Assembly: GCA_041666845.1 (NCBI GenBank)
Contig: JBAYGC010000007.1
Location: forward strand, 6,080-70,079
Origin: Patescibacteria group bacterium
GTDB taxonomy: Bacteria; Patescibacteriota; Patescibacteriia; UM-FILTER-42-10
DNA length: 64,000 nt
Direction of reading: 5' to 3'
The position numbers were made by a program, and so were the translations under genes. The notes below the pieces were generated by a model, which did no database searches, was not told the origin of the DNA, and saw only the letters and a list, made by a program, of their open reading frames with translations. This document shows positions 9,028 through 18,806 of the stretch, piece by piece; position 1 is the stretch's first letter, and the number at the start of each line of letters is the position of its first letter.

Positions 9028-9762
9028 CTATTTTTTGCTCTGCTCTATTTCTTTCTCCCTATCACGCAATAACCGCTTGGCTAATGTTAACCCTGCTGTT
9101 GTACAAAAATATTTTTCACTATCAACCGCAAGGTTCTTGAGATATAAATCTGGTTCCACATTTTTTCTGATTGTATCCTGCCAAAAATTTTCGTGTGTAA
9201 AAGACCAAAGTCTGTCTAAATCTGCAACTAATTTGCCGTTTTCAGATAGTTTTTCCATAGTATCATGATATAACACGGAATCCAAAATCTCCTGTTTTTC
9301 CATTACATTTAATGGCGGATCAAATCTATAATTATCCAGAATCCGCCTAGAAACTTTTACCCCTTCAATAACATGACGCTCCTTAGGTCCTAGCGAAGCA
9401 CTACTAAGCTCCAGTCCTTTATAATCAGATAAACTGCCTATTATGTCTTTTTCGGTCAAACTTGCCCAGCCGATATCATGTAGAATAAGACCCAAAGCAA
9501 CTACTCTTCTATTTATCTTACCATTATATAAAGCAATAAGCATGTCCAGATAAGACAAAGAGATGGCCGTGTGTACATCTGTTGTTCTGACATGCAGATG
9601 CGGTAAAGCCTGGAGAAAAAAATCTTTGAATTCTTCCTGGACGTAATCTAAATAGCTATCTCTCCACGGGATATAGACTAGAGTATTACTCGTTGAATTT
9701 TCAGAAGTAACTAACTCTATGTCTTTAGGAATTAATTTATTTTTAAATTTCTTGAACTTCAT
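9028..9762 (-). CDS. HD-domain protein
   Basis: H...ILHDIGW...H...YHD...DLD pattern. Confidence 0.75.
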   Translation of the reverse strand: MKFKKFKNKLIPKDIELVTSENSTSNTLVYIPWRDSYLDYVQEEFKDFFLQALPHLHVRTTDVHTAISLSYLDMLIALYNGKINRRVVALGLILHDIGWASLTEKDIIGSLSDYKGLELSSASLGPKERHVIEGVKVSRRILDNYRFDPPLNVMEKQEILDSVLYHDTMEKLSENGKLVADLDRLWSFTHENFWQDTIRKNVEPDLYLKNLAVDSEKYFCTTAGLTLAKRLLRDREKEIEQSKK

Positions 9763-9764
9763 TT

Positions 9765-10421
9765 TTATCGCTCCACCGGCTTGCCGGTCAGATAAGAAAT
9801 TTTTCCTAGAACCTGCTCGGTAATTCCGTGTAGTATTTCTTTTCCCAACTCCTGATTATAATATGAGTCAAAGGTTACAGGCTTACCAAAATTTATTTTG
9901 ACTTCATGTTTCCTGCAAAAAATTAACGGTAATAATTTTACTTCCTTATCATTCGGGCCAATATAGCCAACGGGAATGACCGGGCATTTTGCCCATAATG
10001 CTAAACGGGCCACCCCCGTTCTCCCCCGGCCGATCGTATTATCATAGTGTCTGTGTCCTTCTGGGAATATCCCGACTACTCCGCCCTGTTTCAGATGATC
10101 AGACGCTATTTCCAAACAGCGTCCCGGGTTTTCCTTCTCAACATAAATCATACCGAACCACCGCTCACCGACAAATTTGCCAAAGAATTTCTTCAATTCA
10201 ATTTTACTAATAAACCTTATCTTCAATTTGCTCCGGCGCGCGACGACTGACGCCAACAATGGCGGATCCATAAAACTCACGTGATTGGAAGCTATAATAT
10301 AAGGGCCATTCTTCGGCAGATTCTCAATTCCGTTAATCTCTTTTATCCTAAGCATAATAATCGGCGACAAAATCATCCTTAAAAAATGAAAAATTAAAGT
10401 TTCTTTTTTTCTTCTTACCAT
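9765..10421 (-). CDS. plsC: Lysophospholipid / 1-acyl-sn-glycerol-3-phosphate acyltransferase
   Basis: NHVSFMD (HxxxxD), IFPEGHR, TGVARLA, PVIPV. Confidence 0.85.
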   Translation of the reverse strand: MVRRKKETLIFHFLRMILSPIIMLRIKEINGIENLPKNGPYIIASNHVSFMDPPLLASVVARRSKLKIRFISKIELKKFFGKFVGERWFGMIYVEKENPGRCLEIASDHLKQGGVVGIFPEGHRHYDNTIGRGRTGVARLALWAKCPVIPVGYIGPNDKEVKLLPLIFCRKHEVKINFGKPVTFDSYYNQELGKEILHGITEQVLGKISYLTGKPVER

Positions 10422-10960
10422 CTTTCTTTATTTACTTTTAAATAGTAACCGATATTCCGTACTAAAATATGTAAAACAAAGGTGAACACAACTAACACTA
10501 ATGAACGTATCCAACCGACCGGCCAAATAATTGATATTAAAGCAATCGCTCCAATCGCGGCGTCAATTTGATCCCAAGGCATGAATTTTTTACCCGGTTC
10601 AATCCCTACCCTTCGCTTGATAAAACTTTTTACCATATCTCCAAGTAAGGCACCAAATCCGATCAAAAATCCTACCAGCCATACTGAATATTGGTCATAA
10701 GGAAACATGCTGATCTTTTCGAATATTTCAAACTGCATTAACCATCTTTGGATCGCGACAACTATAATACTTGCCACTACCCCACTAATCAAACCTCGCC
10801 AAGTCTTATGATCGCCAAGCAGATTCTTGCCGTCAAACCATTTCAAATTAAAATCAACCGGACGAGCCAGCCACAGCCAGTGTTTTTTCATTAAAACCGG
10901 CATCATATTAGCAAAAATGCCGGGTAGCATAAAATATAAATAAGTTAAGAGGATCATCAA
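10415..10960 (-). CDS. carS: CDP-archaeol synthase-like cytidylyltransferase (CarS/DUF46)
   Basis: ANMMPV, PVDF, LGDHKTWRG, GALLGDMVKSFIKRRVG, PWDQID. Confidence 0.8.
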   Translation of the reverse strand: MMILLTYLYFMLPGIFANMMPVLMKKHWLWLARPVDFNLKWFDGKNLLGDHKTWRGLISGVVASIIVVAIQRWLMQFEIFEKISMFPYDQYSVWLVGFLIGFGALLGDMVKSFIKRRVGIEPGKKFMPWDQIDAAIGAIALISIIWPVGWIRSLVLVVFTFVLHILVRNIGYYLKVNKERW

Positions 10961-11024
10961 TTATCGCTTTACTTATGATAGATCAAGGTTATTTTACCAT
11001 TTTATAAACCTTTTTAAAAGTATC

Positions 11025-11053
11025 TTGACGCTTCATAGATAATGCTTTAGTAT
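11025..11053 (+). promoter_or_regulatory. Sigma70-type promoter of GC-rich cassette 4
   Basis: TTGACG (11025-11030), 17 bp, TAGTAT (11048-11053). Confidence 0.7.
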
Positions 11054-11274
11054 GGGAAATACATTAACAATTTGTTCAAGTTATCAAGAGTGATTCAGAT
11101 CCCGCCAATGCGGGAATATGCAGGACCGGCCTGCTAAAAACTGGATCCAGCAACCCTCTCCAAGGAGGAATGGGTGCTAACTCCGGCCCTATGCGGGGAA
11201 GATGATAGAAGTAAGATGCTTTCCTTAGGGAAAGTTTTTGTTTTGACTGCACCACTCCAACCGGGAGGGACCTC

Positions 11275-11622
11275 GTGGCTAACCCAACCAGTAATCAGGT
11301 CTTCCACGTCCTGTGCCGTCGAGCCGGGAAGATCGGCTACTATTCCCACGGTCATCCGCTGTGCAACCTGATTCTGGGACGTGAAGTATTCCTCTGCGAA
11401 CGCCATTACACCCCCAGCGGTTGGATCACGCGAATAGTCTGCGTTCCGCCGGAGGACATCCTCAACTACGTCGGTGAAGAAGACGCTCGAGTGATCCGAT
11501 CGAAATTCCCAACCTTCTCTGATCAGTTCACCATCAACGGTGACAACTACCCACAGCCGGAAGGGTTCGGTCCTCCTGTGAGGATCGAGCTGGAGCTGGA
11601 GCCTGCACCGCGGGCAAAGTAA
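11275..11622 (+). CDS. GC-rich orphan protein, 115 aa
   Basis: SD GGGAGG at 11263-11268, GTG start; its stop overlaps the SD of the next gene. Confidence 0.7.
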   Translation: MANPTSNQVFHVLCRRAGKIGYYSHGHPLCNLILGREVFLCERHYTPSGWITRIVCVPPEDILNYVGEEDARVIRSKFPTFSDQFTINGDNYPQPEGFGPPVRIELELEPAPRAK

Positions 11623-11632
11623 GGAGCAGGTC

Positions 11633-11833
11633 ATGTCGCTGCGCGATGGACTCACACTTGCTGAGGCGACTGTTCGCCAACAGCACCTGGATCAGGCACA
11701 TCAAACAACTTCCCTTGCCGAAGACGAGCGCATCGTCCGGAGAGCAATTGCCCAGTACGAAGCAGGCGACGACACTCCGGTAGCCCGGGTAATCTCCAAA
11801 TGGATCGCCAGCCGCACGGCGCAATCGTTCTAA
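11633..11833 (+). CDS. GC-rich orphan protein, 66 aa
   Basis: SD TAAGGAG overlapping the upstream stop; followed by a terminator. Confidence 0.7.
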   Translation: MSLRDGLTLAEATVRQQHLDQAHQTTSLAEDERIVRRAIAQYEAGDDTPVARVISKWIASRTAQSF

Positions 11834-11853
11834 TCGTACATTCACCCAATTCG

Positions 11854-11885
11854 AAAGGACCATGGTTCCCCACGGTCCTTTTTTT
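11854..11885. terminator. Terminator between cassette 4 and hppA (convergent genes)
   Basis: AAAGGACCATGG-TTCC-CCACGGTCCTTT followed by a T-run. Confidence 0.8.
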
Positions 11886-11901
11886 ATTTTTACAACCTAT
11901 T

Positions 11902-13917
11902 CTAGATAAGCAGGCCAACAATCAGTAATGCAACCACATTAATTACTTTAATCATCGGGTTGATCGCCGGACCGGCAGTATCTTTATACGGATCACCGAC
12001 TGTGTCGCCAGTTACCGCCGCCTGATGAGCCGGGGAATTTTTCCCGCCATAATGCCCGTCTTCAATATATTTCTTGGCATTGTCCCAGGCCGCTCCACCC
12101 GCTGTCATTGAAAGTGCCACAAAGACACCGGTGATGATCGAACCGATCAACATTCCGCCTAGTGCATCGATCCCCAATAAAAATCCAACGGCAATTGGTG
12201 CAACAACCGGGATTGCTGCTGGAAAGATCATTTCTTTCAATGCCGCTTTAGTAACAATATCAACTGCTTTACCGTATTCCGGTTTGGCAGTACCTTCCAT
12301 AATTCCTTTTATTTCACGAAACTGTCTGCGCACTTCTTCAACGACACTGGTTGCCGCACGACCAACTGAGCGCATCGCAACTGAACCGAATAAATATGGC
12401 AGAGAACCGCCGATGAATAAGCCGATCAGAACATTATGGTTGCTCAAAGCAAACTGAGCATCAATTCCTTTATCCATAATTTCCTGCACGTATGATGCAA
12501 ACAATACCATCGCGGCCAGACCAGCTGAGGCGATTGCATATCCTTTGGTTACTGCTTTGGTTGTATTACCAACAGAATCCAGTGGATCAGTAACAGCTCT
12601 TACCGATTCCGGCATGTCGGACATTTCAGCAATCCCGCCCGCGTTATCAGTAATCGGACCGAAAGAATCGATTGCGACAATAATTCCCGTTAGAGAAAGC
12701 ATGGCCATAGTTGCAATGGAAATCCCGTATAAACCAAGATCATAATCTCCCAGCAACATATAGCTGGCCAGTATTCCACCGACAATCACCAGCACCGGTA
12801 GGAAGGTAGATTCCATGCTCACTGATATTCCTGTAATAATATTTGTCCCATGCCCGCCCTCTGATGATTTGGCAATACTTTGGACCGGACGATGTTCTTT
12901 CGATGTATAGTATTCTGTAATTACCACAATCAATCCGGTAATCACCAAACCAATTAGACTGGCGTAGAATATACTCATAGCATAAGGTTTGTCACCGAAC
13001 GCATTATCAGTTGCAAAGTAGAAAAGGACAGCCGCGACCAGACCGCTGACAATTATTCCCTTGTACAAAGCACCCATGATGTTCGGTTTGTTGTTATTTA
13101 ACCGGACAAAGAAACTGCCGATAACCGAAGCAATAATCGCCAGCCCACCTAAAATCAAAGGAAATTCAACCGCTGTCTGTTGTAATACATTGTCGCTCTT
13201 GAATATTAGTGAACCCAGTAACATTGCGGCAATCGTTGAAACCGCATATGTCTCAAACAAGTCCGCTGCCATGCCGGCACAGTCACCGACGTTGTCACCG
13301 ACATTGTCCGCAATCACAGCTGGGTTACGTGGATCATCCTCCGGGATACCTGCTTCAACTTTTCCAACCAAGTCCGCTCCAACGTCCGCGCCCTTGGTGA
13401 AAATACCACCACCCAGGCGGGCAAACACTGAGATCAGCGATCCTCCCAAGCCCAATCCAACTAGCGCTTTAAGATCTGAAGTAATAAAATAAAAACCGGC
13501 GACAGATAATAAACCGAGACCAACCACCATGAATCCGGTTACTGCACCACCCTGGAAAGCAATATCAAAAGCTTTTTTAATTCCAGATCTAGCCGCTTCT
13601 GCTGTTCGTACATTAGTGCGTACTGAAACATTCATACCAATATATCCGGCAAGTGCTGAACTGATTGCACCAATCAGAAATCCGAAAGCGGTCAGTTTGC
13701 CAAGCGCGAACCAAAGGATTACGAAAAGAATCACAGCAACAATTGCTACTGTCTTGTATTCCCGCTTAATGAAAGCGGCGGAACCCTCGCGGATAGCCCG
13801 GGCGATATCTTTTTGTTTACCTTCACCCTCTGGTTTTTTCATTATCGAAATAATAAGGAAAATACCATAAGCAAGCGCGATCAGCGCTGCTACGATAGAC
13901 CAATGCACAAGTCTCAT
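11902..13917 (-). CDS. hppA: Membrane-bound proton-translocating pyrophosphatase, K+-independent type
   Basis: [33 protein letters not shown] (Lys indicates K+-independent type), [10 protein letters not shown]. Confidence 0.95.
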   Translation of the reverse strand: MRLVHWSIVAALIALAYGIFLIISIMKKPEGEGKQKDIARAIREGSAAFIKREYKTVAIVAVILFVILWFALGKLTAFGFLIGAISSALAGYIGMNVSVRTNVRTAEAARSGIKKAFDIAFQGGAVTGFMVVGLGLLSVAGFYFITSDLKALVGLGLGGSLISVFARLGGGIFTKGADVGADLVGKVEAGIPEDDPRNPAVIADNVGDNVGDCAGMAADLFETYAVSTIAAMLLGSLIFKSDNVLQQTAVEFPLILGGLAIIASVIGSFFVRLNNNKPNIMGALYKGIIVSGLVAAVLFYFATDNAFGDKPYAMSIFYASLIGLVITGLIVVITEYYTSKEHRPVQSIAKSSEGGHGTNIITGISVSMESTFLPVLVIVGGILASYMLLGDYDLGLYGISIATMAMLSLTGIIVAIDSFGPITDNAGGIAEMSDMPESVRAVTDPLDSVGNTTKAVTKGYAIASAGLAAMVLFASYVQEIMDKGIDAQFALSNHNVLIGLFIGGSLPYLFGSVAMRSVGRAATSVVEEVRRQFREIKGIMEGTAKPEYGKAVDIVTKAALKEMIFPAAIPVVAPIAVGFLLGIDALGGMLIGSIITGVFVALSMTAGGAAWDNAKKYIEDGHYGGKNSPAHQAAVTGDTVGDPYKDTAGPAINPMIKVINVVALLIVGLLI

Positions 13918-13975
13918 TGCTTCACTCCTTGTTAATCTTCGGTCCGCAAATTAGCGGCATCGAAATAGTTAATAA

Positions 13976-15274
13976 TTATTTATCTTTTTTATCCTCTTTT
14001 TTTGCTGATGCCTTTTTCTTGGTTGTCTTTTTCCCCGGCTTATCTTCCGTTTCTTTTACTTCTTCTTTAACCTCAACTTCAGATGTTTCTGACTTTTCTT
14101 CCTTAATCTCATTCTTGGCTTTATTTTTTTCCTCTACTGTCTCGCCTTCTTTAATAATATCAATTTTTAATCCGGTCAATTTTGCTGAGAGGCGGACATT
14201 TTGACCGCTCTTACCAATGGCCAAAGATAGCTGGTCTTCTTTTACTTCAGCAATCGCTCTGCCTTCTTTTTCATCCAGTTTAACGCTGATAACTTTCGCC
14301 GGGGAAAGAGAGTTGATGATAAATTTAATCGGATCTTCGTCATATTCAATAATATCAATTTTTTCTCCGCCCAGTTCTGCAATAATTGTCTGCACGCGGG
14401 TTCCACGCTGGCCGACACACGAACCAACCGGATCAATGTTTGATTCTTTTGAAATGACAGCGATTTTTGTCCGGGAACCGGCTTCGCGAGCGACTGCTTT
14501 TATATCGATCGAGCCATTGGCAATTTCCGGTACTTCCATCGTAAATAGTTTCTTGACCATTTCCGGGTGGGAACGCGACACAACAATCTCCGGACCCTTG
14601 GTTGTCTTTTTGACTGAAACAATATATACCTTGATTCTTTGACCGGAATTGTAATGTTCCTGGTCAATTTGTTCTTGGGGTGGCATCACAGCCGTGGTCT
14701 GCCCGATATCGACTAAAACAACTCTGCCTTCGACTCTCTGAATGGTCGCATTGATAATTTCGCCTTCCCGATTTTTATAATCATTATAGACAACATCCCG
14801 TTCCGCTTCGCGTAGTTTTTGAATGATTACCTGTTTAGCGGTTTGTGCCGCCATTCTGCCGTAAGCTTCTGAAGGAAATTTTTCAGTTCTAATCTCATCA
14901 CCGATTGAGACATCCTTTTTCAATTCCCTTGCTGCCGAAATCATAATGTCAGTTTTAGGATTGAAAAGTTCTACTCTTTCCTCATCAGTCAGTTCTCTGT
15001 TTTCTTCTTTAGCTTTCTCGCGCTTTTCCTTTTCTTCCTCCTTTGCTTTTTCTATTTCTTCTTCCGTCATATCCTCTACAACTGTTTTCACGTCAAAGAC
15101 GCGTGACCCTGCCGTCTCGAGATTGAATTCAACCTTAATATTTTCATCCTTTTCGCCGAAATCTTTCCGGTAAGCCACAGCTAATGCAGCTTCAATTGTT
15201 TCGATAACCGAACTCTCCGAAATATTTTTCTCGTCGCAAATTTGTTTTATCGCTTTTTGAATTTCTGATGACAT
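13976..15274 (-). CDS. nusA: Transcription termination/antitermination factor NusA
   Basis: GRMAAQTAKQVIIQK, AREAGSRTKIAV, LAIGKSGQNVRL. Confidence 0.96.
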   Translation of the reverse strand: MSSEIQKAIKQICDEKNISESSVIETIEAALAVAYRKDFGEKDENIKVEFNLETAGSRVFDVKTVVEDMTEEEIEKAKEEEKEKREKAKEENRELTDEERVELFNPKTDIMISAARELKKDVSIGDEIRTEKFPSEAYGRMAAQTAKQVIIQKLREAERDVVYNDYKNREGEIINATIQRVEGRVVLVDIGQTTAVMPPQEQIDQEHYNSGQRIKVYIVSVKKTTKGPEIVVSRSHPEMVKKLFTMEVPEIANGSIDIKAVAREAGSRTKIAVISKESNIDPVGSCVGQRGTRVQTIIAELGGEKIDIIEYDEDPIKFIINSLSPAKVISVKLDEKEGRAIAEVKEDQLSLAIGKSGQNVRLSAKLTGLKIDIIKEGETVEEKNKAKNEIKEEKSETSEVEVKEEVKETEDKPGKKTTKKKASAKKEDKKDK

Positions 15275-15332
15275 ATCTTTTATTGTTAAACATAAATAAA
15301 ACTAGTCTTCATAACGAACACTAGTCAAGACA

Positions 15333-15360
15333 AGTATAGCAAAGAGATAAAATAATGCAA
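15333..15360 (-). promoter_or_regulatory. nusA promoter
   Basis: TTGCAT, 16 bp, TGn-TATACT on the minus strand. Confidence 0.6.
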
Positions 15361-15367
15361 GTTATAT

Positions 15368-15394
15368 AAAAAAAGCTATCTTGTGAGAGATAGC
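15368..15394 (-). terminator. prs terminator
   Basis: GCTATCT-6 nt-AGATAGC followed by T7 on the minus strand. Confidence 0.8.
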
Positions 15395-16377
15395 TAGCGC
15401 TGTTCAAAGCAGATGTCCGAGACTGAGGTCTCGGTGGTAATCGCCTCGATTGCCGGGGCGAAAACATCTGCAAAAGAGCAAACCTTGATCTTCGAGCCGG
15501 GACCCGCCTTCGTGCCAACGGGGATAGTATCCCCCACCACTAGCGACTTCAGGCAGGAGCGTTCGATCTTACCTACGGCATCCCCGGAGAACACCGGATG
15601 TGCCGCGATCCCGTAAACCACTCTGGCACCAGCGTCCAGTAGTGCCTCCGCAGCGCCGATTATTGAGCCGGCGCCGTCCACCATGTCGTCCAGAACGATG
15701 CAGATGCATCCCTTCGGATCGCCGTAGATCTCGTTGACCCGGGACTGCCCGTGCCCGCTACGCTCCTTGTCGATGATTACGACACGATCTCCCGGGAAAC
15801 GGAACTTGCGGTAGTTGCGGACCATTTTGCCGCCGTTGACATCCGAGGACACTAGGGCTAGCGGCGTATCCGGGCCGTACTCTTCCCGTTCGCTCAACAC
15901 GATCCGCTTGATCTCCGGCACCATTACCGGATACATGTACAGGTGGTCACAGGGGATGTTGAAGAACCCCTGGATCTGCGCGGCGTGCAGTTCTGCCGTA
16001 ACCACCCGGCTGGCACCGGCCGTGGCCAGCAGGTCAGCGACTAGTCTGGCAGTAATCGGTACCCGCCCTTCCTTCTTGCGGTCCTGGCGCGCGCAGCCGA
16101 AATACGGCATAACGGCCGTAACAGCGGCGGCTGAAGCCCGTTTGGCAGCATCAATCATCACAAGCAACTGCATCAGGTTGTCGGCCGGCGAGTAAGTGGA
16201 CTGGATGATGAAAACGTGCCGGCCGCGCACATTCGCATTCAGCTGAGCAAACGGTTCCCCGTCAGCAAACGGAGTGGTCTTGGCCGAGCTCAAGGGAACA
16301 CCCAGTTTGGACGCGATCGCCTGAGCCAGCTCAGGGCACGATCCACCGGAAAACAGGACGATTCTGGAGAGATCCAT
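15394..16377 (-). CDS. prs: Ribose-phosphate pyrophosphokinase (divergent; GC-rich cassette 5)
   Basis: FADGE, RQDRK, LHAAQIQGFF, DDMVD; SD GAGGAGG points to ATG 16377. Confidence 0.9.
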   Translation of the reverse strand: MDLSRIVLFSGGSCPELAQAIASKLGVPLSSAKTTPFADGEPFAQLNANVRGRHVFIIQSTYSPADNLMQLLVMIDAAKRASAAAVTAVMPYFGCARQDRKKEGRVPITARLVADLLATAGASRVVTAELHAAQIQGFFNIPCDHLYMYPVMVPEIKRIVLSEREEYGPDTPLALVSSDVNGGKMVRNYRKFRFPGDRVVIIDKERSGHGQSRVNEIYGDPKGCICIVLDDMVDGAGSIIGAAEALLDAGARVVYGIAAHPVFSGDAVGKIERSCLKSLVVGDTIPVGTKAGPGSKIKVCSFADVFAPAIEAITTETSVSDICFEQR

Positions 16378-16431
16378 CGCCGCCACCTCCTCACAGGCAA
16401 GTTACAGGGTTTCGGGTTGTCAAAGTATATT

Positions 16432-16460
16432 ACCTTAACATGACCGTTAGGAGAATTCAA
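16432..16460 (-). promoter_or_regulatory. prs promoter
   Basis: TTGAAT (16460-16455), 17 bp, TGn-TAAGGT (16437-16432). Confidence 0.6.
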
Positions 16461-16463
16461 GTA

Positions 16464-16500
16464 AATAAAACAACCCTACATTTCGTAGGGTTGTTTTATT
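16464..16500. terminator. Long inverted-repeat terminator insulating prs from the upstream gene
   Basis: AATAAAACAACCCTAC-ATTTC-GTAGGGTTGTTTTATT. Confidence 0.85.
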
Positions 16501-16505
16501 ACCTT

Positions 16506-17636
16506 CTATTTACTAGGAGGGGGAGGGGGCATATTATTACCACCTTCACTTTTTTCCGAATTCTCTTTATGTAGCAAGGTTTGTTGTCCCGAATGATCGG
16601 AAGGTTTATTTTCCAATCCGCCCAATTTCTCAAGACCCTTCAAACCTCCTTGGTCACTTTTACCACCGCGACCGCGAAGATTCACAGCAATTATGATTAT
16701 GATAATCGCCAGGATCACCCACCATACCAGTGCAGACTGACTTTCTTCAGAGTCAGCATTTTCGTCAGTGTCTTTGTTGGTGTTTTCATCCGTTAATGTT
16801 ATTTCAGTCTCAGTATTCTCCGCATCCGCAGGATTATTCTCACCTACTGCCTCAAGTAGAGTATCGCCGACCGCCACCGGGGTATCACTTACTCCCAGTA
16901 CCTTTGGGTCAGTGTATCCCTCCGTTGATGTTTCGGATGCCTCAACAAAGAATCCAACAACATTTGAAAAACTGCTTTCCTTCCCCTCGGGGCTGACTGT
17001 AGTAACATACACCAGATGTTTTTCCTCTGGGTTAAGATCCAGAAACGGCTGGTAGGCGAAACTGGCAATGCCAGATTCATCATTCTTCACTTTGAATTGA
17101 CCGTTGAATTCTTTATCAATAAAGACCTTAATCAACGAATCATTTACCGCCAATCCGGTAATAAACGGTTTTGTCGATACCGTCTTATTATTTACAACTG
17201 GCTGAAACAAAGTAGGAGCCGGATAAGGTTCTTCAATTACGAATGACGTCTCTTTTGACATCAGACTTTTTAATTTAGAATCCTTATCTATTGCTGATAC
17301 AGCTACCGTATGTTCGCCGGATTTGAGTGATAAAAACGGAACAAATGTAAAACTGGCAGTTCCCTTCTTACCGTCCAAAACCTTTGCCATGCCGTTGAGC
17401 TGGCCATCAATATATACTTCGACCTTGGTGCTGTTTTCTGTGAGTCCGGTAATTACCGGCTGCTCATAGATAGTGGAATCTCCGATTGCCGGCCAGATCA
17501 ACGTTGGTGTTGATACGGTCGGGTTAGCTGCCAGTAAACTTTGTGGAACAACCAATAGGGTTATTACACATACTGACACGAAGAATCCGAAGACCTTGCT
17601 TAAAGAGGATCGATTTGTATGATCTAACATATTCAT
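16506..17636 (-). CDS. Membrane-anchored surface protein with two Ig-like repeats
   Basis: Signal peptide; two repeats PTL..P....P.ITGL...V.ID...NG...G.ASF...PFL.L; acidic linker; C-terminal TM helix; Pro-rich tail. Confidence 0.7.
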   Translation of the reverse strand: MNMLDHTNRSSLSKVFGFFVSVCVITLLVVPQSLLAANPTVSTPTLIWPAIGDSTIYEQPVITGLTENSTKVEVYIDGQLNGMAKVLDGKKGTASFTFVPFLSLKSGEHTVAVSAIDKDSKLKSLMSKETSFVIEEPYPAPTLFQPVVNNKTVSTKPFITGLAVNDSLIKVFIDKEFNGQFKVKNDESGIASFAYQPFLDLNPEEKHLVYVTTVSPEGKESSFSNVVGFFVEASETSTEGYTDPKVLGVSDTPVAVGDTLLEAVGENNPADAENTETEITLTDENTNKDTDENADSEESQSALVWWVILAIIIIIIAVNLRGRGGKSDQGGLKGLEKLGGLENKPSDHSGQQTLLHKENSEKSEGGNNMPPPPPSK

Positions 17637-17722
17637 AAATTTTTCCTCTTTTACTTTTTAAGGGACATCTGTCTACACAGACAGTGTTGTATCTTACTAC
17701 AGCAATTCTCAAAGTGTCAAAT

Positions 17723-18118
17723 CTAATAAGTATCAATCTCATGGTTCTTTGCTTCCGAAATTCCGATTCCTTTAATATGTTTGATTAGATGAGTAAATAT
17801 ATCCAAACGAAATCGCACAACAATTACATCAATCCTATATTCTGATACTTCTGGATGATCCGCCAGAAAAACTTCAGCCGTCTTAATTATTCGATTTATC
17901 TTATTATCAGTTACAGCTTCTTCGGGAGCCCCAAACGAATTGGTACAACGGCTTTTAACTTCAATAAAAACAACTTCCTCCGCTTCTTTACTGATAATAT
18001 CAATCTCCCCAAAACGGGTAGTATAATGCCGATCAATGATTGAGTATCCAAGTTTCATGCAATATTCTACTGCAATGTCTTCTCCTACTTTCCCTAAATT
18101 TTGGCGGTGATTTCGCAT
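17723..18118 (-). CDS. yraN: YraN family (UPF0102) protein
   Basis: GKVGEDIA, GEIDII, VFIEVKSR, RIDVI. Confidence 0.9.
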   Translation of the reverse strand: MRNHRQNLGKVGEDIAVEYCMKLGYSIIDRHYTTRFGEIDIISKEAEEVVFIEVKSRCTNSFGAPEEAVTDNKINRIIKTAEVFLADHPEVSEYRIDVIVVRFRLDIFTHLIKHIKGIGISEAKNHEIDTY

Positions 18119-18200
18119 AACAAAATACCCCTTTAAGGTAGTGCTTTAATAAAAAAGCGCCCCCAAAAGAGGGCGCCCAATAATCGATTAATTTATACCA

Positions 18201-18758
18201 TTATTGCTTGATAAATTCAAGTAGATAATGATAAGGCCCGGTTTCTTCCGATTTTTCAAGAGTATACTTCAAATCTTCTGCAATTTTTTTCAGATCTTCA
18301 ACCGAAACACGATCCTCCGTCTTAGGACCAAATGGCGTACTCATTTTTTTCCAATCTACAATCACTAATTTACCACCCTTCTTCAAGAGCCGGGTCGCTT
18401 CTTTAATTACCGCCTCATGTTTTTTTGTCTGAAATAGAGTATTCACCAATAATGCAAAATCCAGGCTACCCTCGCGGATTTTTGTCGCGCCGAGAATTTC
18501 CAGATTAGACCAGACCATTCTGACATTATCAAACCCTTCTAGTTTTACCTTAGTCCAAACACTTTGTAATACATTCTTAAGGATGTCCACCGCATAAACT
18601 CGACCCTTGTCACCGACCGTTCTGGCCGCCTGTAGCGTAAAATACCCCATGCCTCCGCAACCCAGATCCGCCACTACATCGCCATACCCAATACCGGCCT
18701 GATTCAGAATCGCTTCCGGGTTCAATAGTTCGTTTCCTCCTGGTACTTTTCGATCCAT
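18201..18758 (-). CDS. Class I SAM-dependent methyltransferase
   Basis: VADLGCGGMG, VYAVDI, LKKGGKLVIVDW. Confidence 0.85.
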   Translation of the reverse strand: MDRKVPGGNELLNPEAILNQAGIGYGDVVADLGCGGMGYFTLQAARTVGDKGRVYAVDILKNVLQSVWTKVKLEGFDNVRMVWSNLEILGATKIREGSLDFALLVNTLFQTKKHEAVIKEATRLLKKGGKLVIVDWKKMSTPFGPKTEDRVSVEDLKKIAEDLKYTLEKSEETGPYHYLLEFIKQ

Positions 18759-18806
18759 ATTATTTAAGTTATTACACTACTTAATATTATACTTCATTTT
18801 CCAACC

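Noticed and set aside
11134-11921. Minus-strand ORFs 11134-11655, 11534-11863 and 11652-11921
   Set aside because: No RBS, and they lie beyond or across the hppA terminator; the plus-strand ORFs have SD sites and translational coupling.
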